Of a stretch of 64,000 nucleotides of DNA, positions 36,376-48,150 are shown one piece after another (position 1 is the first letter of the stretch; every line of letters starts with the position of its first letter). Made by a program: the position numbers and the translations under genes. The notes under the pieces were generated by a model. The model searched no databases. It was not told the DNA's origin and saw nothing but the letters and a program-made list of their open reading frames with translations. Where the stretch lies: the IMG/VR virus record IMGVR_UViG_3300018424_000006, positions 155,820-219,819 of that record; one strand, given 5' to 3'.

Positions 36376-39180
36376 ATCATCGTGGTTAGTGCCCGGCATT
36401 AATAGGCCAGTGGTGGATAGCACACTACTAGAACCTTGTCCTTCTTTATAACGACTACTCACACCACGAACAGTGTCAATATTAGCGTTAGGAGAAAGAA
36501 TAGAACGAATACCTACTTTAGCACTATCTGGCGTACCTTCTGAGATAAGACCTAAGTCATTCTTATGGAAGATACGAGAACGCTTAACAAGAGTCTCTGC
36601 TGAACGACCACCCGCACCACCTAGGTTAACAGTTTCCTGTTCCTTTAAGCTGCTGATTGGATTCAGAGAACTTGCAGGAATAGTTGTTTGGTCGTTCTGG
36701 ATATCACCCATTACTGCCATTGGATTTACATCAATAGTAGCTGTCTTAGTAAACTGATTGTTCCTATGGCCACGCACACCTTCAACAAGTCTACGATACA
36801 AGGTACCAGAGAAACGCTCAATGCCACGGATACGCATGAACTCAGGATCAGTCTCATCAGGATGACGGTCGTCTTGAAGTAACTCAACCGCATAAAGCAA
36901 TAGCTCTTTATAGACAGTTGGTTGGTCTTTAGACTTTAGGATTTCTTCAGTGATTGGATCAATGAACATATCTTCCAAAAGTTCTAATTCATTTAAGTGG
37001 TAGTTACTACCGCCTAGGAATGTCATTAGAGGACCATAGCCTTCTTTACGGTTTAGCTGATCCATACGCAAAGTATGAATGGCTTTTCGTACAGGACGGA
37101 AGCCAGCATAAAGCATTGAGATCTCAGAGCGGCTAGCGTCGATAATAACCGTTTCGTCTTTAAACTTAACAGCAATTTCGTTGGCTTCAATAGGCTCACG
37201 AGAACCAGTGGCGACTATTCGGTAATTTACTTTGAGATACTTAAGTAGTTTCTCAAAACCTAGCAGATAAGAAAGAACCATAACAATAGGTACTTGCTTA
37301 TTGAAGACAGACATTACAATATGGTCACGAGGAGCAGTTCCTGCTTCAGGTAGAATGAAAGACTCTAGACGACCTTTAGACTCTGAATTACCCTTAGAAT
37401 GAAGAGTCAGTGCATTGTCCATATTGATAGTTAAGAACTCACCAGAGGAATTAGTAGCACAAACGACTACGCCATCTTTCTCTAGTTTCTTAAGTACGTC
37501 TTTACCGTACAATTCTTCACGTTTATCATAAGCAAAGTTGAATACAAACTTATTCGAAGTAAAGCCTTCTAACTTACTACCAATTGAGGAATAAGCTAGA
37601 GGTACCTTAGCTTCGATCTTCGTCATGTCGCCATAGCGAAGAGCCGTGATTGCTTTATTAGAAACGTCTAGACCAGCAGCATTGATATGCTTTAATAGCC
37701 AACGACCATAGTTATCTACAGCTTTAGGGGAACGCTTAATAAACGTCTTACCATAATAACTAGTCAGAGCAACCTTATCTGGTCCACTCTTACGAATTGG
37801 CATATCTACACGCTGAGAGTCAAACGTGTATTTAACACCACCCTTAAAGAAACGACCTTGGTCATCTAGTTTGGGGATTTGGAATTTAATAGTAGAACTC
37901 TTACCGGTAATAGGTTGAACTTTCACCGTGTATTCTAGCTGAGAATCCAGAGCATCTACAATCTCTTCCATCTGAACGTCGCGAACAATAACACCGGCAT
38001 CCTTAAGTTTAAGGAACATGTTATTTATATCACGGAACATGATGTTGTCCTGATAGTGCTTATCGAAATTACTTACTGAACTTTCCTTAATGGTAGGATC
38101 AATAATCTTATCGATAGCAGTAGGGATAGTACGAGAAACTACAGTCTCTTTAAATTCCACTTTAGAGGCTTCGCCGATAGGCTTACCAGTAATCGGGTCA
38201 GGAATAGATTCCGTAGCTTTGGCAAGTTCTATAATCTTAGCTTGCTCACGAGAAGACAATTGTCCTTCAGAACCTAGCTCAGAAACCATTTTAAGGATCT
38301 TAGGGCTAACCGCACCGTCAGCAGCCTGTTCAGTTTCTTTCTCAACTTCTAACGCAGCTGTCTCTACAAGACTCTTCTGCTCAACAAACTTCTCAAGTAC
38401 TTGATAGAAATGTTTCTGTCTAGTCTCTACTGAATCTTTATCGTCTTCATTAAAGCGGAATTGCAGAGCAGGAATCACGCTAACAAAACCAGCACCCATG
38501 AAAACAAAGTTAAGTTGCTTTAGCTGTTCCTCAGAAAGAGTAGAAAGACTACCTTTCCCTTCAATGAACAACCATAGGTCACGAAGTCCTAATGCTTCAA
38601 ATGTATGCCACTTAGTCGCATGCGTATTACTTAGCTCCTCAGTGATCATTTTAAAATCAGCAAAAGCAGGCAATACGTTTGGAAGACGATACAAAGAAAA
38701 CGTCTCACGTTCTTCCGTGGTAATCTTAATGCCCTTCAAGAACATATCGTTAATGTTACTCCATTCATAGTACGGAGTAAGGATATGGTCAGAGTAGTCG
38801 ATACCATGAGTTAGGAAACTATAATCATAAACAACTAAGTTACGACGACTATCTAAAGCTTTACCGATGTCGCGAGCACGACGTACACGTCCTTGACTAC
38901 GGAAGTAGACGGATTCCATCTTCTTGTAGTTTTGCTTCTTGCGGATGGCCTTACCTTTGGTAATTGGTAATTCAGTTTCATGAAAGACACGAACGTCTTT
39001 AGGGAAATTAACAATCATTGGATGGGAGCCCCGAATACCTAGTTCAGGACTGTCCATATCGATATAGTGCAAAGCAGAGTCTAAAGGTAGCTGGAAGTCT
39101 TTAGCTGGATGAACCTTAAGTAGGTTCAAGGCTTTGCCCGGAAGTATAGAAAACTTCTTTAAAAAGGGAGCATAAAGCAT
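36376..39180 (-). CDS. Virion RNA polymerase beta subunit (gp178-like), exon 1
   Basis: 935 codons ending ...LMPGTNHDD; contains QRVDMPIRK, VALTSYYGK, GGAGGRS and SEGTPDSAKVG motifs. Confidence 0.9.
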
Positions 39181-39207
39181 AATACTTGCCTTCTTGTTTT
39201 AATGGGT

Positions 39208-40824
39208 TTATTTGAAGTTCTTGAGTACCCAAGAGCTTACGTCGGTGGTTGTGTCATACATCAAACCACCAGAAGCCTGTAGGTACATTTCCTTCCCGTT
39301 TAAAATCTTACGCATTTCTTTAACAGATTCGTCCGAGTAGACTAAAGTCAAGGAGACAGTATCTCCATCGAAATCAGCTCCCAGAGGCTTAAGCATAGCG
39401 CTATGCGGAATCGTCGTATCAACGAAACTCTGTGAACCTTTATCTGCGTCTGGCATCTCAGGGAATACGCTTCCACTTGAAGTCCAGTCGTCAGCCAATT
39501 CAGTTAAAGAGATAGCAGGGTTGGTAGATTTACAATATAGCTTAGTAGGATAGATCGAACCTAAGCCAGTAACAGGATAGCGAGTAACGAAACCATACAC
39601 ACGGTCGCTAACAGAGTGCGCAGCATAATAAAATAACTCCGCCCAAGTCAATGGATAAACATTCTCTTTCTCTAGGTGAGGAGGAAGCTCTTCCATATTC
39701 TTAAAGATACGAAAAGACTTCTCATCTTTATAGATAAGAGCTAGAAAATGACCATCAACCATAACAGGCTTGTGTCTACGTTCAAGTAGATCAAAACCAT
39801 TCATGGTATCGTTAAGGCCATCTATAGTTGTCCATTTGTCCCGAGTCTTTTGTTTTAATTTTACAGGAACTAATTTAAGTGTTTTAGGATCGATTAAAGG
39901 AACCTCTCCATCTGGGTTACTGACAATATCAACTAACAAAGTTGTATTCAGCTTATGCTGAATCAAAGGAGAACAACCTTTAATAAACTGATGGATACCA
40001 ACTTGAGTTGTATTGATATCGGCAAGACGTGGACTATCCATGTCCTCTGCTGTCATGTCCATGGCACTGATAACATTCCGTGTACTACCAAATACCCGAC
40101 GTGCAGCCCACTTGCCTTGTATGAACCCTGATTTACCTGAGATCATATTCTCAAGGTATGCGTAAACTTCCAGTACTGCTCGTTGTACTTTCCATCGAGT
40201 CAAGTCTAGATCTGCAGTTTCCTTATTCTGCATTACAGGACTGATTGTTGCAGCTGAAGTTAGAACGGAGCGATAAAGTTTACTTAACTCGTGTTCGATT
40301 GGACGGCCACCTTCTGTCATCTCGATATCTCGAAGACCGGCAGGTAGGACAACCAATTTATCCATTAGAGCAACCTTACGATATTTCTCTATTAGATCGA
40401 TATTAAGATCACGTCGCTTTGATTCGTTCCGTGCAAACTTAATATCATTAAAATGTTTAACGAAGAAATGGAATCCAGTATCTCCGTCTAGTGCATCACT
40501 TCGAACAAAGTCTTTTAACTTCTTATCGAAGATTGCATATCCTTTACCTTCAAGAATATCTTTATAAAGACCTTTCAATCTAAAGATTTCCATAAGTAGT
40601 TTAGGATGAAAAACGGTTGTATTCAGTTTGATGAGTGCGTGTTGTTGATTACGCTTTTGTTCGCCAGCCAAACCGAATATAAGAGTGGAGTATAAACCTG
40701 CTGGATGATACTCTCCGCTGGACGTATCCCAAATGTCCGATGCAGTGATCTCAGCTAGATGACCTACCTTCTGTTTGGTTGGTTCAAGTATAGAGATATT
40801 AAAGGGTAGGCGCTTCTGTTGCAT
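39208..40824 (-). CDS. Virion RNA polymerase beta-prime subunit (gp180-like)
   Basis: Catalytic LGADFDGD, VTRYP and KSGFIQGKWAARR motifs. Confidence 0.92.
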   Translation of the reverse strand: MQQKRLPFNISILEPTKQKVGHLAEITASDIWDTSSGEYHPAGLYSTLIFGLAGEQKRNQQHALIKLNTTVFHPKLLMEIFRLKGLYKDILEGKGYAIFDKKLKDFVRSDALDGDTGFHFFVKHFNDIKFARNESKRRDLNIDLIEKYRKVALMDKLVVLPAGLRDIEMTEGGRPIEHELSKLYRSVLTSAATISPVMQNKETADLDLTRWKVQRAVLEVYAYLENMISGKSGFIQGKWAARRVFGSTRNVISAMDMTAEDMDSPRLADINTTQVGIHQFIKGCSPLIQHKLNTTLLVDIVSNPDGEVPLIDPKTLKLVPVKLKQKTRDKWTTIDGLNDTMNGFDLLERRHKPVMVDGHFLALIYKDEKSFRIFKNMEELPPHLEKENVYPLTWAELFYYAAHSVSDRVYGFVTRYPVTGLGSIYPTKLYCKSTNPAISLTELADDWTSSGSVFPEMPDADKGSQSFVDTTIPHSAMLKPLGADFDGDTVSLTLVYSDESVKEMRKILNGKEMYLQASGGLMYDTTTDVSSWVLKNFK

Positions 40825-40913
40825 GATAACTCCACATTTAAAAATCTAATAATTTATAAGGACTAGAAATTTTGGCCTTATCTAATTTATAGTGTTAACA
40901 AGAGGTCACTGTT

Positions 40914-43900
40914 ATGTCTGATGACATTAATTTAGATGACATCGATATGGACGGACTGGATCTGGATTTCGATTCGGACTTAGATCCATTTGATGTCAAA
41001 GATGACCGTAAGCCTGCTACTAAGGTAATGGATGGTGCTCTGGGTTCGCTTAGAGACAAAGACAACCTTGCGCATGCGGCTAAGACTATAGCGGATAATT
41101 CTTTACCGCCGGGTTTTAAAGCTGCAAGAGGACAGGCTGATAAAGTTCTGTCTGAGGCTCGCAGTATATACGATAAAACAGCCAAAGAGCTAAAGGGTCC
41201 AATGGAGGACCTGAAAAGGGCTGTTCATAACAATATTGATGGTTTATCTTTCTTACCAAACAGCATTAAAGATAAAATCAAAAGCATGACCAAGGAAGAG
41301 AAGAAGTATGGTTTAGAGTCTCAGCGCGAGATTGATGAAGCTAATATTTCTTCTGCTGCCAACGAAATCTTTGGTCGCCAACTTAATCTTCAGATGGCTA
41401 CTGAAGAGAAGAATGCTAAGGCCGAAGGTGCTAGAGACAAACGTGACCAAAAACGCTTTGAGGCCAGTAGTGCATTACTAGGTCAAATTTCTAATGCCGT
41501 AACTCGTTTGGCTGCGTATACAGAACAGATTGAAAGTCCATACCAACGTAAGATGTTGGAGCTGGGTCATCGTCAGTTCTTTATGCTTCGAGATATTGCT
41601 GAAACGAATAGAGCGTTCTCTTCTGACGCTATTTCTAATCTACGCAGCATCTCTAAGAACACAGGTCTTCCTGAGTTTGTTAAGTTACGTGGAACAGAAA
41701 GTTATATCCAACTTACCCGTGAACGGTTAATGGGTCGTCTTAACGACACTGCTGCTCAAGGGATATCTAAGTTTGGTAGTCGCTTTGCTTCTAACGTTAA
41801 GAGTCGAGTATCTGAATTCACATCTCAAGTCTCTGAAGGCTTGTCGATGGGTGCGGATATGATCGATACTGTTGGCGGAATGGCTGGCGATGATATGCCG
41901 GGTATGGATGCTCATGAGATGGCTGGTGAAAACATCGGCTCTATCGGAATGAGCATAGCCTCTAAAGCGGCCGGTAAACGTCTCGGCGCATTCCTCGCTA
42001 AGAACCCTACTATGTCACGATGGAGTAACCAACTACTCTATCTTTCCGAAAACGCCCCAGAGGCTCTTGTAGAGCTTTCTAAGATGGGTGATACGGAACG
42101 TTTCAGTATGCTTAGGGAACTTATCCCGGGCATAGGCGGAGATAATGAATCTGTTGTCCATAGTCTAGCCGAAACGATGACGGACGCTTCTCTTTTCGAT
42201 GAGATGACTCGTCGTAGTATTGTTGAAATTATACCGGGTTATTTATCCCGTATTTTAAAGACAACTACGGATATAGCAACAGGCCAAGATAACGAACGAT
42301 TAACTTACTCTGTAGATAAGGAAGAGTTTGTTACGATTGGTTCTGAAGTCAAGTCTCTTCGTAAACGTATTTATGACGAACGAAATGTAAGTCGTTCTGT
42401 TTCTGCTGGCTTTGATATCATCGATAAGATTGATCCTGAAGGTAAGCTTTCCAAGGAACAGAAGAATGCGTTAATGCGTATGTTAGTTGACAATGCTAAT
42501 GGGGGTCAACTATTCAGTTTGGGTAACCTTTCTAAACTAACCGATAAAGACGTTGAAGGCGGCGATCTATTTGCCAGTCTGATTCGTGATACTTATATTG
42601 GTGAAGGTAAGGAAGGTAGACTGGCGGAAGGTAATCTAGGCCTCTCTCGTATCTACAAAGATATGAAAGATGGATTTGGTAATATCAATCCAGAACTAGG
42701 TAAGCTTAATGCTAGCGGCAATAAAGAAATTGCTAGACGTCTTGGCATCATCGGTAAAGTCGGTGAGAAAGATATGGTGGATCATACCAATAAGAGAACA
42801 ATGTTCTTTGAAGAGGCAATGAATGATCCTGAACTAGCGGCTCGCCTAACGGGCGTTAAAGGTGTTGATCTAGATCTAGGATCTGGCGAAGCGGCCAAGA
42901 AGAAAGGTTTCTTTAAGCAGCGTAGAAAACAGCAGTTCTATAACGGCCCTACTAAAGGGTTTGAAGAGGAAGAATATGGGGAAGTGCTTTCCCTTAAATC
43001 TTTCATGGGTGCTGATGGCGGTCTTAAGTTGGATATCTCTGGTATCCAAGAAGTTGCTAACGGAATGCCGGGCAGCCTCAAGGAAGAGTTCTTCGAAGAA
43101 ATCGAAAATAAACTTGGCATCCCTGTTCATGTTCTTACTATGCCGGGAGGCTCTGTACGAATGGATGATGGGGCTGGACCAGAGGGTTCGGGTCCGGAAG
43201 GTCCATTATTTGGAATGCTTAAGGGTCAGTTGGATGAAGTTAATGTCCAGCTACGCGCTATCTTTGAAGCAACTATGTCTAGCGGTAACACTACCTATTC
43301 TTTCGGTGCTGGCGATCTAGCTAAGTTCGCTAAAGAGAAGTTAGGTAAAGCAACAGGTTTTATTACTGGCTACTATTCTAACTTAGGCAAGGCATTTACT
43401 ACTGCTAAAGATACCGTTATGGGTGGTGCTACATCCATGTACGAGAAGATCAAGAAAAAGACTAAGGACTTTAAACAGTTACCTTTTGATCTTTATATTC
43501 CGGGTAAGCCTGATCCAGTCTTGATTTATCAAAAACTTCGTGATGGCGAATACTTTGATGCAGTAAGTGGTAAAATACTAACCAGCTTTAATGAAATCAC
43601 TGGTCCTGTAGTAGACGCAGATGGGAACATCGTATTGTCCTTTGAAGATCTTAAACAAGGTCTTGTCGATCGCTTCGGTAAGAAGATTGATATAGAGGCA
43701 ATGAAATCAACTATAAGTGATCTATTCACTAAAGCGAAAGAAGGTCTAGGTAATATCTACGGCATGCAGTTTGGTCTAGCGAAGACTGCTTTAAATGCAG
43801 TTAAGCCTTTATTGGGTCAAGCTAAGAAGTTGTTAAGTGCTCCGATGGATGTCTATGTAGCTGGTGAGCGATCGCCTCGACTACTAGCTCGTATTATGGA

Positions 43901-46160
43901 GAACGGCGGATACGTAGATGCCGATGGTAAGATAGTTTCATCTTTACGAGATGTTAAAGGTGATATCTATGACCTTAAAGGAAACGTAGTATTAAGTTTA
44001 GATGATATCCGAAACGGTATCTTTGATAAGTTTGGTGTTCAAATTAAGAGCAGTGAATTATTATCTCGCTTAACTATGGCTCCTAAGCTTGCTATTAAGA
44101 AAGCAAAAGAAATGTTTACTATGGCTAAGAACTTCGGTCTTGGTGCCATGGGACACGCGAAAGATTTATTTAAATCTCTCTTCTCTGGTTTTGGTGGGCC
44201 GGAAGGAATCGCTATTGGCGGTTTCAATTCTGACATACTAGAACGAATCTATCGCCACATGGAAATGCGCTGGCCAGTTCAAAAGGCTGCTCTAGCGGGT
44301 GACATGCAGACCGTTTACAAGAACGAGGCGGAAGCTAAGGTTAACCTCACCGAAGCTATGAATAACTTTGTAGCCCAAGCTAAAGAAGCGAAGGATAAGT
44401 TTTCTGCAGATTCAAAAGAGAAAGTTGATAAGCACATCAAACCGCATCTAGATCGATTGATGAAAGAAGTCAAAAACTATAATCCGTTTATGGATGATGA
44501 AGTTGATGCGGAAGTGGACGTTACTAGTAAACGCAAAGTAAACTCTGCTAGTCTTAAAGATCTAATGGCAACATTGATTAATAAGATTGATGGAGATGAA
44601 GTACGCGGTGACGGTAACGGGGATGGTCTTCGAGACGGTGGTTGGAGAGCCCAACTGAAGCGTCGTAAAGATCAACTTAAAGAGAAGATGAACCTTAAGC
44701 CTAAGGATCGCGCAAAAGCCGAGAAGGATGCAGAGAAATCTGGAGACTCTACTGGCTTAATTGCAATGGTACTTGGCGGAATCTCGGACAAGATTACAGG
44801 GGCCCTTGGAGGGTTCTCTGGCGTTCTAGATGGGTTAAAGAGCTTAATAGCGGGCAAGGCTTTAGGAGGAATGCTTCCTGACGGTACTCCTGATTTGGGT
44901 AAAGGAGGGAAGAAAGGTCTCTTGCGTAGAGTTGGAGGAAAACTTGGAGGTCTAGCTAAGGGCGCTGGCCGTCTTGCATTGGGCGCTGGTAGCACCTTAG
45001 GGCGAGTAGCCTTAACTGCTGGTGCCGGTTTAGGTAAGATGGCTTTAGGCGGCTTAGCAGTTGCCGGTAAGGGCTTACTTGCCGCAGGCGCTGCTGTCAT
45101 CAGTAGTCCTGTACTTATAGCTGCCGCTGTGGGTGGATTGGCCTATGGCGGCTATAAAGCTTATAAGTATTTCTCGGATAGATCTGAGCCTGAGGGTGTT
45201 GAGAAAATGCGTTTTCTTCAGTACGGCGTAGACCTTACTGATAAGAGTGCAATCGCAAACATCCGACAGCTTGAAGCTGAGGTGATGGATGAAATAAGCT
45301 GGCAGGGTAATCGCCCAATACTTAAGAAGCCTGTAAAAGAGTTTGCTCAAGAATTTGCTGAAGACTTTGGTGTGGACATGAACCGTCCAGAACAAATCCA
45401 AGCATGGGCAATCTGGTTTGCTAAGCGCTTCATTCCTATTTTCCTTACTCACTTAAGTGCAGCTAAGAAGATGGGGATTGGTGATGACATTGAAGATATC
45501 GAAAGTGATATCAAAGAAGACCAACGTCAGGCATTTATCAAGGCAGCAGTAGCTCCTAGGTTCTATGGTGAACATAGTCCATTGGATGTATCTGCTAATC
45601 CTTGGCCAATGTCTCAGCCTACTAATACTGAGTCTGAACTAAACAGCATGTTAAGTACTGCTCTTAGTACTGCTCCAGTAACTGCTATTGCTTCCAAGGC
45701 TAAAGCAGATAAAGCTGAGAAGGTAGGTCGCCGTCGCACCAGAAACAAAACTAAAGACGTTGCTGAAACGAAACTTGACACAAAAGAAATAAAAGAACAG
45801 GATGGCTCTAAAGCCGCCGATGTAGTGAAAGCTACAACTTCTGTTGTTTCTTCTATGAAAGCAGCTAAGCCTGCTGAAACGACAAGTGACAAGTCAGTAG
45901 TAGATAAAGGTATGGAAGCTATGGCTTCTAACCAACATCTAAGTAACGAAACCATGTCTCGAATCGAAATGGAGCACAATAAAGCATTTGCTCAACGTGA
46001 ACGTAGTATCCAACAACAGGTTATTACGAACTCCAAACTTGATGAATTAATTGAGATTATGGCCGCTGGTCGTCAAAGATCTGCGAGTGCTACTAAAGCG
46101 AAAGCTAAGAGCCAAAACGTTTCAGTTCCTGTGGATCTTCGCAGGAGTGAGGCGAGCTAA
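40914..46160 (+). CDS. Large tail protein / tape-measure-like (phiKZ gp181-like)
   Basis: 1748 aa; RRS.VEIIPGYLSRI, duplicated D.Y..G...P...D.DGN.VLS..D repeats, Gly/Ala-rich segment, RFLQYG and RF.PIFLTH; divergent from the vRNAP genes. Confidence 0.82.
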   Translation: MSDDINLDDIDMDGLDLDFDSDLDPFDVKDDRKPATKVMDGALGSLRDKDNLAHAAKTIADNSLPPGFKAARGQADKVLSEARSIYDKTAKELKGPMEDLKRAVHNNIDGLSFLPNSIKDKIKSMTKEEKKYGLESQREIDEANISSAANEIFGRQLNLQMATEEKNAKAEGARDKRDQKRFEASSALLGQISNAVTRLAAYTEQIESPYQRKMLELGHRQFFMLRDIAETNRAFSSDAISNLRSISKNTGLPEFVKLRGTESYIQLTRERLMGRLNDTAAQGISKFGSRFASNVKSRVSEFTSQVSEGLSMGADMIDTVGGMAGDDMPGMDAHEMAGENIGSIGMSIASKAAGKRLGAFLAKNPTMSRWSNQLLYLSENAPEALVELSKMGDTERFSMLRELIPGIGGDNESVVHSLAETMTDASLFDEMTRRSIVEIIPGYLSRILKTTTDIATGQDNERLTYSVDKEEFVTIGSEVKSLRKRIYDERNVSRSVSAGFDIIDKIDPEGKLSKEQKNALMRMLVDNANGGQLFSLGNLSKLTDKDVEGGDLFASLIRDTYIGEGKEGRLAEGNLGLSRIYKDMKDGFGNINPELGKLNASGNKEIARRLGIIGKVGEKDMVDHTNKRTMFFEEAMNDPELAARLTGVKGVDLDLGSGEAAKKKGFFKQRRKQQFYNGPTKGFEEEEYGEVLSLKSFMGADGGLKLDISGIQEVANGMPGSLKEEFFEEIENKLGIPVHVLTMPGGSVRMDDGAGPEGSGPEGPLFGMLKGQLDEVNVQLRAIFEATMSSGNTTYSFGAGDLAKFAKEKLGKATGFITGYYSNLGKAFTTAKDTVMGGATSMYEKIKKKTKDFKQLPFDLYIPGKPDPVLIYQKLRDGEYFDAVSGKILTSFNEITGPVVDADGNIVLSFEDLKQGLVDRFGKKIDIEAMKSTISDLFTKAKEGLGNIYGMQFGLAKTALNAVKPLLGQAKKLLSAPMDVYVAGERSPRLLARIMENGGYVDADGKIVSSLRDVKGDIYDLKGNVVLSLDDIRNGIFDKFGVQIKSSELLSRLTMAPKLAIKKAKEMFTMAKNFGLGAMGHAKDLFKSLFSGFGGPEGIAIGGFNSDILERIYRHMEMRWPVQKAALAGDMQTVYKNEAEAKVNLTEAMNNFVAQAKEAKDKFSADSKEKVDKHIKPHLDRLMKEVKNYNPFMDDEVDAEVDVTSKRKVNSASLKDLMATLINKIDGDEVRGDGNGDGLRDGGWRAQLKRRKDQLKEKMNLKPKDRAKAEKDAEKSGDSTGLIAMVLGGISDKITGALGGFSGVLDGLKSLIAGKALGGMLPDGTPDLGKGGKKGLLRRVGGKLGGLAKGAGRLALGAGSTLGRVALTAGAGLGKMALGGLAVAGKGLLAAGAAVISSPVLIAAAVGGLAYGGYKAYKYFSDRSEPEGVEKMRFLQYGVDLTDKSAIANIRQLEAEVMDEISWQGNRPILKKPVKEFAQEFAEDFGVDMNRPEQIQAWAIWFAKRFIPIFLTHLSAAKKMGIGDDIEDIESDIKEDQRQAFIKAAVAPRFYGEHSPLDVSANPWPMSQPTNTESELNSMLSTALSTAPVTAIASKAKADKAEKVGRRRTRNKTKDVAETKLDTKEIKEQDGSKAADVVKATTSVVSSMKAAKPAETTSDKSVVDKGMEAMASNQHLSNETMSRIEMEHNKAFAQRERSIQQQVITNSKLDELIEIMAAGRQRSASATKAKAKSQNVSVPVDLRRSEAS

Positions 46161-46163
46161 TCG

Positions 46164-46189
46164 AGTGGGCATGAGAGATCATGCCCACT
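46164..46189 (+). terminator. Rho-independent terminator
   Basis: AGTGGGCATGA-gaga-TCATGCCCACT stem followed by TATCTTTTT. Confidence 0.7.
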
Positions 46190-46220
46190 TATCTTTTTTA
46201 AAAGCCATTAGGAAGACGTC

Positions 46221-48137
46221 ATGGAAAATCGAGAAAAGTTTACAGGCGAAATAGATGACACTAGCTGGATTCGCCAAGCTATGTTCGTACCACGAACCGT
46301 ATCCGAACAATCCCGTCACGTCAATCGTACTTATTCCAGTGCCGGAGAAAAGTTCTTCGACACGACTCTTGGGGGTAATCTAAGCATTAACCCTAAGCCG
46401 CAATTTACTCGTACCGCAGATTTAAAGATGCCATCTCTTTCCCCTAGCTCTAAAGGGATGGGTCGTTACTACTCAGAAGCATTGGACGATAATGCATTCC
46501 GTGTTTCTTTACAGTTCGGTGTTCCCGAATTCAATTCCCTAAGTCAGTTCTTAGGGAACTTCTATAACCCTCAGTTAGCCACGCTAGTAAATCGTGGTGA
46601 GAACCAAGGGTTTAGTTATAAGCTAGGCTATGCCGTAGGCTTTATCATGACTCTGCCTCTACAGGCGTTCTTTGGTATAAGCTACTTAGTTACTCGTTTG
46701 AGTTCTTTTGCCGCTGGTACGCCTTACAGTAAGTTCTATTACATGAAGCCCACTATGCCTCTGTATTGGAATACTGTAACCAGTTTAGTAAACCATCTGT
46801 CCGTTAGCATGGGTATTACTCAGGGTGCATTTAAGAAAGGTTCCGAAAAAGATCCTTTAACTGACAGCGAGATTGCTTTGTTAAACAAATCTCTTCCGGA
46901 TATCTTTAAGCGCGATACGGATTCAGATAAGAACTTAAACGGTATTGATGTATATGCTGTAGCGACTCGTGCACAACGTTTAGCAGATGAGCACTATGCT
47001 CGCTTAGACGGGATTGCTAAGAGTGCAGGTACGACTGAAGAATATGTTAAGCAGGTTAAAGCGGAACTAAGTCAACAGAAATCTAAGAAAGGAGATCTTC
47101 GAATGAAGTACCCTTCTTATGGTGAATATATGGATAGTTTCCTTAGCGGTAAGTTAATGGAACCTAAACCTGCCCCTGCTGAAGGTGAAGAACTATCTGA
47201 GAATCACGAATACGTTCGTGCAGATGAGCCTAGTTGGACAGACCACTTCAAAGCAGAGATTCGAGATGGTTCCCACTTTGTTTCTTTCATTACTGATTTG
47301 TCTAACCCTACTGAGTCATTCAGTAACAGCGTTAAGACCTCTGCTGTAGCTGAGAAATTAAACGGAGCTAACAATGCTGCTCGTGATATGCGTTTCAGTT
47401 TTGCTGAAGGTAACTTAATTGGCGATACTCAGAAATCTATTACTGACGCTATCGGTAACTTCGCAACAGGCGCTTTAGATTCCGTTGGTCTTGCAGGACT
47501 ATCTGCTTTCTCTGGTAATGCTTATGTTGATATTCCTAAGACTTGGGATAGTTCTTCTGCTGAACTAGGAAAGACCTCTTACAAAATTCGACTGCAAAGT
47601 CCTTATGGTAATAAGTTCTCTTTATTGACGAACATCTATATTCCTCTTTGTATGTTATTGGCAGGTGCTCTACCTAGAAGTACCGGTAAAGCTTCCTACT
47701 CTTCTCCTTTCCTTTGTCGTGTATTTAGTCAGGGCGTAACGGATATTAAGTTGGGTATGATTGATAGCTTAACGATTACTCGTGGTGTAGGTGGGATAGG
47801 TTGGACTGAAGACCGATTGCCGAATGCTATCGAAGTAGATATCGGTATTGTTAACTTAGATGAGATTATGCATGTCCCTGTAATGGAGTCATTCGGAGAC
47901 GGCGGGATCTTTTCTGCATTCGATGAAGATACGGCAATTGGTGATTACTTAAATACTCTTTCGGGATTATCTTTGTATGACCAATACTATATCTCTCCTC
48001 GTATTAAGTTAGCGTGGGCTAAGACAGTACAGAACTTTGAGAGCTGGACAAGTAAGTCTCATATGGCTAACTGGGCAGCTGGTACTATACCGGGTCAAGC
48101 TTTGTCTGCGATTGCTCGTGGTTCGGAAGTTTTATAA
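46221..48137 (+). CDS. Virion structural protein (phiKZ gp182-like)
   Basis: 638 aa; DTTLGGNLSINP.PQFTR.AD, FGVPEFNSL, KFYYMKPTMPLYW and IPKTWDSS motifs. Confidence 0.82.
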   Translation: MENREKFTGEIDDTSWIRQAMFVPRTVSEQSRHVNRTYSSAGEKFFDTTLGGNLSINPKPQFTRTADLKMPSLSPSSKGMGRYYSEALDDNAFRVSLQFGVPEFNSLSQFLGNFYNPQLATLVNRGENQGFSYKLGYAVGFIMTLPLQAFFGISYLVTRLSSFAAGTPYSKFYYMKPTMPLYWNTVTSLVNHLSVSMGITQGAFKKGSEKDPLTDSEIALLNKSLPDIFKRDTDSDKNLNGIDVYAVATRAQRLADEHYARLDGIAKSAGTTEEYVKQVKAELSQQKSKKGDLRMKYPSYGEYMDSFLSGKLMEPKPAPAEGEELSENHEYVRADEPSWTDHFKAEIRDGSHFVSFITDLSNPTESFSNSVKTSAVAEKLNGANNAARDMRFSFAEGNLIGDTQKSITDAIGNFATGALDSVGLAGLSAFSGNAYVDIPKTWDSSSAELGKTSYKIRLQSPYGNKFSLLTNIYIPLCMLLAGALPRSTGKASYSSPFLCRVFSQGVTDIKLGMIDSLTITRGVGGIGWTEDRLPNAIEVDIGIVNLDEIMHVPVMESFGDGGIFSAFDEDTAIGDYLNTLSGLSLYDQYYISPRIKLAWAKTVQNFESWTSKSHMANWAAGTIPGQALSAIARGSEVL

Positions 48138-48150
48138 AAAAAAAGAATAA

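Noticed and set aside
44900-45160. Gly/Ala/Leu-rich repeat-like stretch in the gp181-like protein
   Set aside because: Typical low-complexity segment of tape-measure-like proteins; no exact nucleotide repeat.
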